The notes under the pieces were generated by a model. The model was not told the origin of the DNA. It did not search any database and was given only the letters and a program-made list of their open reading frames with translations. The translations under genes were made by a program, and so were the position numbers. A stretch of DNA of 64,000 nt from a virus. The stretch lies in IMG/VR virus record IMGVR_UViG_3300030333_002570, positions 1 through 64,000 of that record; one strand, given 5' to 3'. This document shows, in pieces, positions 37,014 to 46,244 of this stretch (position 1 is the stretch's first letter; each line of letters starts with the position of its first letter).

Positions 37014-37214
37014 ATGCCCTATTTCGCTTATAAAAAATCAGGTGCTGCTGCAAATACTGATTCATCTGCTCCCGATCACGATGTCTTCTGTTGTGGTAAC
37101 GGAATCTGGAGTGATGTCTATGCTGATAGAAAATTACATGCCTATGCACACTCTGCTGAATTTGATGGTGGGGAAGGATGTATAGTTGTAGAAGACTCAT
37201 CATACACCCCATAA
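37014..37214 (+). CDS. Small hypothetical protein
   Basis: 66-aa ORF in the late operon. Confidence 0.55.
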   Translation: MPYFAYKKSGAAANTDSSAPDHDVFCCGNGIWSDVYADRKLHAYAHSAEFDGGEGCIVVEDSSYTP

Positions 37215-37218
37215 TCCT

Positions 37219-37226
37219 TATAAATA
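37219..37226 (+). promoter_or_regulatory. T4 late promoter
   Basis: TATAAATA. Confidence 0.75.
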
Positions 37227-37260
37227 CAACAGAACCAGAGAACCCATTTGATGCTTAACT

Positions 37261-38310
37261 ATGTCTACAGTAAATGCTGGAACGCTTAATGTCACAAGTA
37301 CGCTAAATCTCCCGTCTTATACAAAGACGCAAAGGGATGCACTATCGCCTACTGCTGGACAAATGATATACAATTCAACTGATGGATCAGTTGATGTTTG
37401 GGACGGAACTGACTGGAAATCTGCTGTTGGATCTTCAGAGTCATTTATTGTTGCAAGTGGTGGAACTGAATCTACAAGTGGAAATTATAAAATTCATACA
37501 TTTAATAATACCTCAACTTTTACGGTAACTGGTGCTGGTGATGAAACAAATGGTAAGGTTGATTACTTAGTCGTTGCTGGTGGAGGCGGTGGAGGTGGTT
37601 TTGCTTCTGGTGACTTCAACAACTTTGGATCTGGTGGAGGTGGTGGTGCTGGTGGTATGCTTGCTGCTGGTGGATATAATTATACTGTTAATGCTACATC
37701 ATATCCTGTAAGTGTTGGTGGTGGAGGAACTGGAGGAACTGGTAACTCTGCTGGACAACCTGGTGGAAATAGTACCTTTGGATCTTCTATCACTGCTACT
37801 GGCGGTGGAGGTGGAGGTCAACAGGATAAACCAGGACAACCTGGTGGATCTGGTGGTGGATCTGGAACTGATGGTGACGGATATAACCAACCTAGAGGAA
37901 CAGGAACTCCTGGACAAGGATATCCTGGTGGTAGAGGTGCATCTTCACAGAATGGAACTTCTGGAGGAGGTGGTGGAGCATCACAGGCAGGAGAAGATGG
38001 ATATAATAGACCAAACTCCAGACCTGCAAATGGAGGAAATGGAACTGCAAATTCAATTAGCGGTTCTTCGGTAACTTATGCAGGTGGTGGCGGTGGTGCT
38101 AATTATCCAGGTGGTCCTCATAACCCTAATGGTGGTTCAGGTGGTGGCGGTAATGGTGCTTTATCTCCTACTGAAAGTGGTTATGCAGGTACTGATGGAC
38201 TTGGAGGAGGTGGCGGAGGTGCTGCTGACCAAGATCCTCGTCAGTATCCAGAACCAAAAGGCGGTAATGGTGGTAAAGGTATCGTAATCATTAAGTATAA
38301 GTATCAGTAA
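37261..38310 (+). CDS. Adaptor domain plus glycine-rich beta domain protein
   Basis: LPSYTKTQRDALSPTAGQMIYN; YKIHTFN, YLVVAGGGGGG, GGKGIVIIKY. Confidence 0.8.
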   Translation: MSTVNAGTLNVTSTLNLPSYTKTQRDALSPTAGQMIYNSTDGSVDVWDGTDWKSAVGSSESFIVASGGTESTSGNYKIHTFNNTSTFTVTGAGDETNGKVDYLVVAGGGGGGGFASGDFNNFGSGGGGGAGGMLAAGGYNYTVNATSYPVSVGGGGTGGTGNSAGQPGGNSTFGSSITATGGGGGGQQDKPGQPGGSGGGSGTDGDGYNQPRGTGTPGQGYPGGRGASSQNGTSGGGGGASQAGEDGYNRPNSRPANGGNGTANSISGSSVTYAGGGGGANYPGGPHNPNGGSGGGGNGALSPTESGYAGTDGLGGGGGGAADQDPRQYPEPKGGNGGKGIVIIKYKYQ

Positions 38311-38315
38311 AAACT

Positions 38316-38882
38316 ATGGCACATTTTGCAAAAATCGAAAAAAGAACAGGCACAGTCGTAGATGTTGTTGCTGTTGCCGATAGTGACACACAAACTGCTG
38401 CAGGTGTAGAGAAGGAATACATTGGTATTGATTTCCTTAAGAAAGTATTTCCTGATACTGCTGCATTATATGATTGGAGACAAACATCATACAATGCTTA
38501 TAAAGGTAGGCATAGAAAAGAAGTTGATGGATCCCTTGTGTGGGATCAGAAACCATGTCTAAGAAAGAATTATGCTGCTATTGGTGGAAAATATGATTAT
38601 ATGAGAGATGCTTTTATTGCACCACCTAATAATCCTAACAATCAAGTCCTAAATGAGGATACTTGTCATTGGGATACCATAACACAAGCAAATCAAACTA
38701 CAACAAATGAGGGTGGACCTCTTGACTATACGGACACTTCCGACTATAGTGATAACTCTAAGATGACTCCTGCCACGTGGGAGTGGACTAATGAGACAAG
38801 AACTTATGTCTCTAAAACTGCTCAAGTTGTAAAACCAGCAGTATATCAGTACAATTCCTCTACTAATACTTGGGAAGCATGA
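38316..38882 (+). CDS. Hypothetical protein (MAHFAK family, partner of glycine-rich fibre genes)
   Basis: MAHFAKI, WRQTSYN, RKNYA.IG..YD..RDAFI.P. Confidence 0.75.
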   Translation: MAHFAKIEKRTGTVVDVVAVADSDTQTAAGVEKEYIGIDFLKKVFPDTAALYDWRQTSYNAYKGRHRKEVDGSLVWDQKPCLRKNYAAIGGKYDYMRDAFIAPPNNPNNQVLNEDTCHWDTITQANQTTTNEGGPLDYTDTSDYSDNSKMTPATWEWTNETRTYVSKTAQVVKPAVYQYNSSTNTWEA

Positions 38883-38896
38883 CCCTTTAAATTATT

Positions 38897-39409
38897 ATGA
38901 TTACATCATGGTTTGCGAAAGCGATCTACTTTGAACCGAATATACTTTTAGATAAATTACCTACTTATGAAACTAATATCAAGCAATCACTTGATAAAGT
39001 AGGAACTATTCGTACAGAGTTAGTCAATGTAGATTCTACATCTAATACAAGAAAGAACCTATTTGAGGTTGTTGAATTAGATGGTTTAAGAGAACAGTTA
39101 TATAAACATGCAATAGCATTTGCAAAGGAGATTGGATATAAAGAAGATATTACTTTTAATAATGTTTGGACTGAAATAGGTAAGAAAGGTGATTATGCTT
39201 TTCCCCGTAATTTTCCTAGATCTGTAGTATCTGGGGTTTTTTATGTCAAATCATCAATGGATGATAGTATTAAATTTTTTGAAGGTAGTAATTATCAAGC
39301 AATAAAATGTGTTCCTGGATCTATAGTTTTATTTCCTAGTGAAGTTATGTATGGCATGACATCACAATTAGCAGAAGAAAGTATTTCTATATCATTTACT
39401 TTAGGATGA
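38897..39409 (+). CDS. 2OG-Fe(II) oxygenase-fold protein (TIGR02466-like) lacking the metal-ligand His residues
   Basis: W......GDY..P...P.SVVSGVFYV and IVLFPS...ISISF scaffold; HxH replaced by RNF and the distal His by Tyr. Confidence 0.7.
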   Translation: MITSWFAKAIYFEPNILLDKLPTYETNIKQSLDKVGTIRTELVNVDSTSNTRKNLFEVVELDGLREQLYKHAIAFAKEIGYKEDITFNNVWTEIGKKGDYAFPRNFPRSVVSGVFYVKSSMDDSIKFFEGSNYQAIKCVPGSIVLFPSEVMYGMTSQLAEESISISFTLG

Positions 39410-40017
39410 AGGAGTATATAATACCATCTACTAATTTTATTGGAGCATGGTTTATTGATGATAAAGTATGTGATGGATTGATTTCGTACTTTGATGAGAG
39501 TCCAGACCAAGGACCAGGAGAGATTGGGCAAGGAGTAAATGAAGAATATAAAGTATCAACTGATGTAGCAGTTATACCAAGGGTTAAAGATGAAAGAATA
39601 CAAATATATCTTGACACATTAGGAAGAGTATGCGATAATTACATCGAACGTTATCCTTGGTGTTCTACTAATCATAGTGGTTGGGGTATAAACACTAATT
39701 TTAATATACAAAAATATAATCCTGGTGAGGGATTTTATGGTTGGCATACTGAAAGATCAACTTATAAAGATCTAGTAGGAACTAGACACTTGACATTTAT
39801 GACATATTTAAATAATGTCACAGATGGTGGTGAAACTGAATGGTATCATCAAGGTCTAAAGATACAACCACAAAAAGGATTAACTGTCATTTGGCCCTGT
39901 GATTGGACACATACACATAGAGGTGTACCATCACCAACCCAAGTTAAGTATATAACTACAGGGTGGTATACTTATAAGGTAGAAGGTTTTGATTACTCAG
40001 AGTTTAATGGAGGTTAG
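39406..40017 (+). CDS. 2OG-Fe(II) oxygenase (P4H-like)
   Basis: WHTE, LTFMTYLNNVTDGGET, WTHTHRG, KY. Confidence 0.88.
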   Translation: MKEYIIPSTNFIGAWFIDDKVCDGLISYFDESPDQGPGEIGQGVNEEYKVSTDVAVIPRVKDERIQIYLDTLGRVCDNYIERYPWCSTNHSGWGINTNFNIQKYNPGEGFYGWHTERSTYKDLVGTRHLTFMTYLNNVTDGGETEWYHQGLKIQPQKGLTVIWPCDWTHTHRGVPSPTQVKYITTGWYTYKVEGFDYSEFNGG

Positions 40018-40635
40018 ATGAACTTAAATTATACTTACTGGTATTTTCAGGGTGTTATTAAACCTGAGATATGTGATCGTATTATTAATATAGGTAAAGA
40101 TCTTAATATTAAACGAGGTGAAGTCAATAGGGAAGAGACTAAACGAATAGAAGAATATAGTGAAGAAGAAATGAATGATCTCTTAAAGTTTAGAGATTCA
40201 CATATTTCATGGATAGATGAACCTTGGGTTCATAATTTAATTAAACCACTCATTCAAAAAGCAAATGAGATGGCAGGTTGGAATTTTCAGTGGGATTGTA
40301 CTGAGATTATGCAGTTTACCATTTATAATGAGGGTCAATATTATGAATGGCATCCAGATCAACATCATTATGTGTATGGTGATGACCAACATGAAAGTAT
40401 GAGAGGAAAATATAGAAAACTATCATCTACATTACTATTAAATGATCCTAGTGAGTTTGAAGGTGGTGATCTTGAATTTCATTATAATAGAAAAGATCAA
40501 TGTGTTGCTAAAGAATTGAATAAACAAGGATCATTAGTTGTATTTCCATCATTTGTATATCATAGAGTACTACCTGTTACTAAAGGAACTAGGTATTCTC
40601 TTGTCAGTTGGAATTTAGGAGATCCATTCAAATGA
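40018..40635 (+). CDS. 2OG-Fe(II) oxygenase (PKHD-type)
   Basis: YEWHPD, RKLS..LLLND..EFEGGDL, YHRV.PVTKGTRYSLV.W. Confidence 0.92.
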   Translation: MNLNYTYWYFQGVIKPEICDRIINIGKDLNIKRGEVNREETKRIEEYSEEEMNDLLKFRDSHISWIDEPWVHNLIKPLIQKANEMAGWNFQWDCTEIMQFTIYNEGQYYEWHPDQHHYVYGDDQHESMRGKYRKLSSTLLLNDPSEFEGGDLEFHYNRKDQCVAKELNKQGSLVVFPSFVYHRVLPVTKGTRYSLVSWNLGDPFK

Positions 40636-41150
40636 TTTATATCTCACAAGTTCAAATACCATGCCAAGAAGAGATTATTCAGTTGTTTAAGGATAATTTT
40701 CTTAGCACCTATGTTTGGGATGAAACAAGAGTTCTCAGTATGGATAGAGGTGGTATTGGGGATAAAGTAAAATCTGATACTTATAAAAAAATATATGAAA
40801 TAGTAAAAGATGTTAAGAGGAGGGTATACCATGACAATAGATTTTCTGTATTACAGAATGTAGAGATAGTTAAGTATCCTTGTGGTGCATGTAAAGGATT
40901 TCATTATGATAGAGCAAGACCTACAACAACTGGTGCATCAATTACATATATTAATGATGATTATATTGGTGGACATACTATAGTTGAAGGTGTTGATGTA
41001 CAACCTTTATCTGGTAGAACAGTTTACTTTGATGGAATGGAATTTCGTCATGGTGTAAGTAATGTTGTAAAGAGGGATAGATATACTATATCAATGTGGT
41101 ATGGTAAAGATAAATCTATGCCACTTAATGATGAATTTCTGGAGATTTAA
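40632..41150 (+). CDS. 2OG-Fe(II) oxygenase
   Basis: ATG 40632; HYD, YINDDYIGG, RHGV..V...DRYTISMW. Confidence 0.88.
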   Translation: MIYISQVQIPCQEEIIQLFKDNFLSTYVWDETRVLSMDRGGIGDKVKSDTYKKIYEIVKDVKRRVYHDNRFSVLQNVEIVKYPCGACKGFHYDRARPTTTGASITYINDDYIGGHTIVEGVDVQPLSGRTVYFDGMEFRHGVSNVVKRDRYTISMWYGKDKSMPLNDEFLEI

Positions 41151-41152
41151 CT

Positions 41153-41629
41153 ATGAAATGTGTAAATGACTTCTTAGATGAGGGATTATTTAAGAAAATA
41201 CAAGATGATATATTTGATAAGGATTCAACTCCTTGGTTCTGTATACCAGATATATCTGGTGAAGGTAAAGAAAAGGATGCTTACTTCTGTCATATGCTTT
41301 ATGACCAAGAAAGACCATGCAGTAACAAATATTGGATTGCTGAAGCACTGAAGTTTGTTATAGATGCAAAAGCATTAATTAGAGTAAAGGTAAATCTATA
41401 CCCTAGAACAGATACTTTAGTTCATCATACACCACATACTGATTTTGATTTTGACCATAAAGCAGCAGTATTATCTTTGAATACATGTGATGGTCATACT
41501 AGTATTAAAGGTATGACAGTTCCTTCAAGAGCAAATAGAATAGTATTTTTTGACCCTCAAGAACCTCATAATAGTACTAATTGCACTGACCAACAATTTA
41601 GAGCAAATATTAATATCAATTATTTTTAA
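41153..41629 (+). CDS. 2OG-Fe(II) oxygenase
   Basis: HTD, LNTCDG.T, ANRIVFFD...PH.ST..TD...R.NININY. Confidence 0.85.
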   Translation: MKCVNDFLDEGLFKKIQDDIFDKDSTPWFCIPDISGEGKEKDAYFCHMLYDQERPCSNKYWIAEALKFVIDAKALIRVKVNLYPRTDTLVHHTPHTDFDFDHKAAVLSLNTCDGHTSIKGMTVPSRANRIVFFDPQEPHNSTNCTDQQFRANININYF

Positions 41630-41991
41630 TGCAATTACTTAATCCTAGAGAATTATATACATTTGAAGAGTTCTTTGATACTGATATTGAAAAGGTATCA
41701 TTGACAGATATGGCAGCACGTATTCAAGATGTATTAAAGGATGAGTTTGGGATTACATGTAACTTGGATCATGCAAGTGAAATATTTGATTGTGAGATAG
41801 AGGCACACAATGATTTTGTATCATGTGTATGTCAAGAGACAGGTAATCTATATCATTACTGTCTTGAAGTTGTTAATCGTGAAGGTAAATTTAAATTTGA
41901 TTTAAAACCAAAGAAGATGAGGTTCTTTAGAGCATACGTCTTTAGATGGTCTAATACTATGGAAATAGATAATGTCAAATATATTTTTTGA
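41629..41991 (+). CDS. Hypothetical protein
   Basis: 120-aa coupled ORF with no motif recognised. Confidence 0.6.
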   Translation: MQLLNPRELYTFEEFFDTDIEKVSLTDMAARIQDVLKDEFGITCNLDHASEIFDCEIEAHNDFVSCVCQETGNLYHYCLEVVNREGKFKFDLKPKKMRFFRAYVFRWSNTMEIDNVKYIF

Positions 41992-42580
41992 TACACCTTC
42001 TGGGTTACCAGTTATATTCATACGTGATTTCTATTCAAATATAGAATTGACTTCAATATTTAATGAGTTAAAATTTTTATCATCTATTGATAGGTTTAAA
42101 GATCCAACAGATCCAGATGGACCTGGTACTGCAATGTCAAATGGTGTAGTATTAAAATCTGGAAAAGGTATGCACTTAGATGTAGTATATAAGGATCGAT
42201 CTGAATCTGACATACTAAAAGTTAATCGTAAACTATTCAGTAAAGAGACTACTACTCTATTAGAGAGTTATCATTCTTTCTTTAGATATGTAAGAAGATC
42301 TAATGCAGACAATACTAAACTACATTATTATACTAACGGTGATTATTATAAATCACATGTTGATGATTGTGTAGTCACAGCAATTAGTTTCTTTAATATT
42401 GAACCAAAAGGATATAGAGGTGGTGATTTAGTATTAGAACATAGACTTAAAATACCTTGTCTAAATAATTCGCTAGTGGTCTTCCCTTCTATTATGTGGC
42501 ATGAAGTCACACCGATTGTAATGTATGACTTTAGTCCTAATATGGGTCGATATTCAATGACTCAGTTTTTGGAAATGTAA
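41972..42580 (+). CDS. 2OG-Fe(II) oxygenase
   Basis: YYKSHVD, GGDL, FPS.MWHEV, GRYSMTQF. Confidence 0.88.
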   Translation: MSNIFFDTPSGLPVIFIRDFYSNIELTSIFNELKFLSSIDRFKDPTDPDGPGTAMSNGVVLKSGKGMHLDVVYKDRSESDILKVNRKLFSKETTTLLESYHSFFRYVRRSNADNTKLHYYTNGDYYKSHVDDCVVTAISFFNIEPKGYRGGDLVLEHRLKIPCLNNSLVVFPSIMWHEVTPIVMYDFSPNMGRYSMTQFLEM

Positions 42581-42582
42581 TT

Positions 42583-43224
42583 ATGCAAATTATTCACTTT
42601 GAAAATGAACCACCAAAGACAAGGTTCGCACCTATATTTAATTTTCACATCTATGAGAATGATGTAGATGTAAGAGATATAAAGAATATAATATTATCTA
42701 AAGAGCAAGATATTATTAAGAGTAATCCATACACAAGTGATTGGAATACTGGATTAGGATCTAATAGTATGACATCAAGATCTAATTGTTATAATGTACT
42801 TAAATGGGATGAAGCATATTTTTTAAGAGAAATAATAAGATCATCACATGATAATTTTATAACAACTCTTGGATATGATTGGGAGGATAAAATATATGTT
42901 CAATGTTGGGCAAATGTTCTTAGAAAAGGTGAAAGGATAAAACAACATCAACATTGGACAAGTGAATACACATATATTGGTGGACATATACACTTAGATG
43001 ATTTACATACTAGTACTCATTATGTAAATCCATATAATCAGAAGTTATATTCATCAGAGAATAAGAAAGGTAAGGTAACATTATTTCCTAATTGGTTAGA
43101 ACATTATACTGACACATATAATGATAATGAATTTAGAGTATCAATAGCATTTGACATTATTACTGAGATAGTATATAATGAGGACATTTATGAGGATAGG
43201 AAAGAACACTGGGTTCAATTATGA
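42583..43224 (+). CDS. 2OG-Fe(II) oxygenase (TIGR02466-like)
   Basis: WANVLRKGE.I..HQH, LFPNWLEH, RVSIAFDI. Confidence 0.85.
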   Translation: MQIIHFENEPPKTRFAPIFNFHIYENDVDVRDIKNIILSKEQDIIKSNPYTSDWNTGLGSNSMTSRSNCYNVLKWDEAYFLREIIRSSHDNFITTLGYDWEDKIYVQCWANVLRKGERIKQHQHWTSEYTYIGGHIHLDDLHTSTHYVNPYNQKLYSSENKKGKVTLFPNWLEHYTDTYNDNEFRVSIAFDIITEIVYNEDIYEDRKEHWVQL

Positions 43225-43931
43225 AACTCGAACAGATTCGAGAAGTAATTGATAATGTAATTGGTGATATACCTTTCATGTATGATCTGTCAGTAACTAC
43301 ACCACCATCTGAGTTAGTTACACAAAGAGCACAAGATCATTTTAATAGAGGTAAACCAGAATCATTAAATCAGACTTATCAGTTAGATAATACTTGTAAG
43401 TCTGTTATTGTATGGAATGTTTTTAGTCGTGTTGCATATGATTACCACTATAAGAATAACTTCTTACCAGAGATCATTAGACGATTAAATACATTATACA
43501 ATTATAATTTTGGGTATGATGATTACCTATTAAATAGAAAACAGTTTGCTATTAGATCAGGTGCAGCAACATTAGCAAAAACATCATTAGCATTTCATAA
43601 AAGATTTGGAATGAATTATAAGATTGATCTAATCTTTACTAATGCTGAATTTGATGAGACTATTGTTATTGATGGTGAACCTCATTATAGTAATTGTATT
43701 GGGTGTGATGCACCTTGCGAATATAAATGTCCTATGGGATGTACAATGAACTTTGATCTTGTTGATTGGGAGAAGTGTTCTAATTTTGTAGATGTTCCTG
43801 AAGCATTTAAAGATCTTGATAGTATTTGTAGGATATGTCAAGACAGTTGCCCTTATTCACAGGAGTTGACTAAAAGAATCCTCGAAATTAATCCTCGTTA
43901 CGGAGAACGTATTCATGCCACATTTACATAG
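43221..43931 (+). CDS. QueG / reductive-dehalogenase-like two-[4Fe-4S] protein
   Basis: CIGCDAPCEYKCP...C...CRICQDSCP, preceded by RKQFAIRSGAATLAKTSLAFHKRFG..YKIDLIFTN (aligns with the QueG A..AGLG.IGKN.L.I...FG...FL..ILT segment). Confidence 0.7.
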   Translation: MKLEQIREVIDNVIGDIPFMYDLSVTTPPSELVTQRAQDHFNRGKPESLNQTYQLDNTCKSVIVWNVFSRVAYDYHYKNNFLPEIIRRLNTLYNYNFGYDDYLLNRKQFAIRSGAATLAKTSLAFHKRFGMNYKIDLIFTNAEFDETIVIDGEPHYSNCIGCDAPCEYKCPMGCTMNFDLVDWEKCSNFVDVPEAFKDLDSICRICQDSCPYSQELTKRILEINPRYGERIHATFT

Positions 43932-44568
43932 ATGGAATCAACCTAAAGGTAATAATCCATTTGCACCTGAATTTGATATATCTTTATGGGTTGATGATTT
44001 ACCTGAAGTATTAATTGATGAATTAATGGTACAAGTATTGTTGCACGAGGATGAAGGGTTATATGATAATGATAGATGGGAACACTATAATATATTTCAA
44101 TGGGAAGGTTTTGCTGTAAAAGAATTACAAGAGATGATATTAACATCTTATGAAGCATTTTGTAATTCTCTACATGTAGAGAAAGAAGAAAGAATATGGA
44201 TTAGAGGATGGGTATATCCTCAGAAACCAGAGATAAAAGTTAAACGAAGAATGAATATAGGTAGACACCAACACGCAATGCACGAGAACGCATTTCTAAG
44301 TGGTGTGTTAAATATGCAAGATCATTTTATTGGTACTGATTATGATATACCTTATGTTGGATGGACAGGTATAGGTAGTAAGAAAGGTAGATTAACACTT
44401 TCACCATCATCATTACCTCATGCAGTTAAAGCATTAAGATATGAAGATACTGATAGATATACTATTGCATTTGATCTAATAACACAGAAAGGAATGGATC
44501 ATTTCTGGTTCTCTAAGTTAGACAAAGATACATCAAAAGATCCTTTAAATTTAGCGATTGAATTGTGA
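43915..44568 (+). CDS. 2OG-Fe(II) oxygenase (TIGR02466-like)
   Basis: HQH, FLSGV, PS.LPH.V, RYTIAFD. Confidence 0.8.
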   Translation: MPHLHRWNQPKGNNPFAPEFDISLWVDDLPEVLIDELMVQVLLHEDEGLYDNDRWEHYNIFQWEGFAVKELQEMILTSYEAFCNSLHVEKEERIWIRGWVYPQKPEIKVKRRMNIGRHQHAMHENAFLSGVLNMQDHFIGTDYDIPYVGWTGIGSKKGRLTLSPSSLPHAVKALRYEDTDRYTIAFDLITQKGMDHFWFSKLDKDTSKDPLNLAIEL

Positions 44569-45185
44569 ACACACAGTTATTAGATAATGGATTCTTATTA
44601 GTTAAGAATTTTGTTCATGTTGACTTAGCAAATAGTTTGTATCGTGAGTTAGTTGATAATGGTCAGACTAAATTGCATTTCTTAGATAATGAATTTCATG
44701 GACCTTGTTATAACTATCAGTCACCAACAGCATCACAAGAGTTATTATTTTATATGTTGCATGATATGGTGGATATAGTTGGAGAATCATTATTTCCAAC
44801 TTATTCATACATGAGATTATATAAACATAATGCTTTTTTAAATCCTCATACAGATAGACCTGCATGTGAAGTATCATTAACTGTACATTTAGGATCAGAT
44901 AAAGAGTGGGAGTTTGGTATAAGAAACTATCGTAATAATAATGAGTTTAATGTAGTATTAGATCAAGGAGATGCACTGATATATTTGGGATGTGTAGCAC
45001 CACATTGGAGAAATGGTAAGTATAGTGGTGAGAATTTTGCACAGTGCTTCTTACATTATGTCAGAAGCAGAGGTCCAATGTCATGGTGTTTGAACGATAC
45101 TAATAGGTCATTACCAGAGGGTAATTGGGAGGATGAATTGAAGAAAGAGTATGACAGTATAATAGGTGTCACACAATCACCCTAA
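44565..45185 (+). CDS. 2OG-Fe(II) oxygenase
   Basis: YSYMRLY....L.PHTDRPACEVSLTVHL, GDA.IY.GC...HWR. Confidence 0.88.
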   Translation: MNTQLLDNGFLLVKNFVHVDLANSLYRELVDNGQTKLHFLDNEFHGPCYNYQSPTASQELLFYMLHDMVDIVGESLFPTYSYMRLYKHNAFLNPHTDRPACEVSLTVHLGSDKEWEFGIRNYRNNNEFNVVLDQGDALIYLGCVAPHWRNGKYSGENFAQCFLHYVRSRGPMSWCLNDTNRSLPEGNWEDELKKEYDSIIGVTQSP

Positions 45186-45207
45186 TCCAGAAAATACGTG
45201 ATAGACT
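45152..45207 (+). promoter_or_regulatory. Two-box early promoter, copy 1
   Basis: TGACAGT-N7-GTGTC-N31-TAGACT (with TGn). Confidence 0.65.
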
Positions 45208-45228
45208 ACATGGGTTGCAGTTATTATC

Positions 45229-45483
45229 ATGCCTACGTTTACACTCACATGCACAGATGAAGATTCTACAGTAACAACTAAAGAGTTTAAATCTGCCTAC
45301 CTACAAGATGTTGTAGAAAAAACAGGAGACTTTCTCAGGGGAGTCGGTTACTATTTTGATGATTTGACTATTGTTAAAGTAGAAGAAACCGAAGAAACTA
45401 TTGAGGATGACTCTTATGAAGAATATGATCCTATTACAGGTACAAATTCTATTATTGATCCTTCATACCTTAATAAAAACTAA
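45229..45483 (+). CDS. Acidic hypothetical protein
   Basis: 84-aa ORF after two-box promoter. Confidence 0.7.
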   Translation: MPTFTLTCTDEDSTVTTKEFKSAYLQDVVEKTGDFLRGVGYYFDDLTIVKVEETEETIEDDSYEEYDPITGTNSIIDPSYLNKN

Positions 45484-45490
45484 AGACTAT

Positions 45491-45531
45491 TAGGCAACTC
45501 ATTGACAATAATGGGTTGCCTATGTTAATAT
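45491..45531 (+). promoter_or_regulatory. Hairpin enclosing the -35 of a sigma70 promoter
   Basis: TAGGCAACTCATT/AATGGGTTGCCTA 13-bp stem; TTGACA 45503-08, N17, TAATAT 45526-31. Confidence 0.7.
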
Positions 45532-45567
45532 ATACAAATGTAGTTCAGAAAAACTGACAGATCACAG

Positions 45568-45759
45568 ATGGGTAAGACTTTTCGCCGAGGTGGTAACGAG
45601 CGAGGTTACTATTCTCCTGGAAAATCATTACGAGACAAACGCCAAAAAGGAACAAATCGAACATCTAAATGGGAGGAATCTTATGACCACAACCAACCCA
45701 AAGGACATAATCACCCTAAAAAAAGAGCAACCACCGAAGAGTTCGGAGGTGACCTATGA
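45568..45759 (+). CDS. Basic hypothetical protein
   Basis: 63-aa ORF after promoter. Confidence 0.6.
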   Translation: MGKTFRRGGNERGYYSPGKSLRDKRQKGTNRTSKWEESYDHNQPKGHNHPKKRATTEEFGGDL

Positions 45760-45843
45760 AGATGATGGTCTGGACTATGAAGACCTATATTATGATGATG
45801 CTTCATATGATGGAGTTGAAATAGATTACACAGTACAATACTA

Positions 45844-46044
45844 ATGCCAAGTAAAGATCAATTATCCGTAGATGATAACGAGACTAAAGACCAGAAATGG
45901 AATAGAGGTCTTGATATTTGTATAGAGTCATTTTATAAAGCAGACCACTCTTTGCGTGGATGTGCTCACAATCAACGGTGTTTCTATGAAATGATGGAAA
46001 TACGTGATAAAATAATAGAGTATGCAAAGACTCTAAGGAGATGA
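45844..46044 (+). CDS. Hypothetical protein
   Basis: QKWNRGLDI.IES...D..LRGCAHNQ.C..E.M, a cyanophage-type small protein. Confidence 0.7.
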   Translation: MPSKDQLSVDDNETKDQKWNRGLDICIESFYKADHSLRGCAHNQRCFYEMMEIRDKIIEYAKTLRR

Positions 46045-46244
46045 TCGGTCTTTACTCACAGTTACTCTCAAAGGATCAAAAAATGATCGTAAAAGATGCT
46101 CTAATCATGTATGTCTGTCAATTACAGAAACAATACTTTAGAGATAATGTTATTCCTATGGATGAATATCATCGTAGGATGGCAGATATTGATGAAATCA
46201 CTGAAAAATTACATTTAAAAGATTTGTATAAACATGACAGTTGA
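46041..46244 (+). CDS. Hypothetical protein
   Basis: 67-aa coupled ORF. Confidence 0.65.
   Translation: MIGLYSQLLSKDQKMIVKDALIMYVCQLQKQYFRDNVIPMDEYHRRMADIDEITEKLHLKDLYKHDS

Noticed and set aside
37560-38290. GGT/GGA-rich tandem-like repeats and overlapping alternative-frame ORFs (37712-38074, 38078-38287)
   Set aside because: Explained by poly-Gly coding; the alternative frames are by-products
32930-38310. Diversity-generating retroelement behind the LamG paralogues
   Set aside because: No reverse transcriptase in the window; the differences are not adenine-specific and both copies are full ORFs
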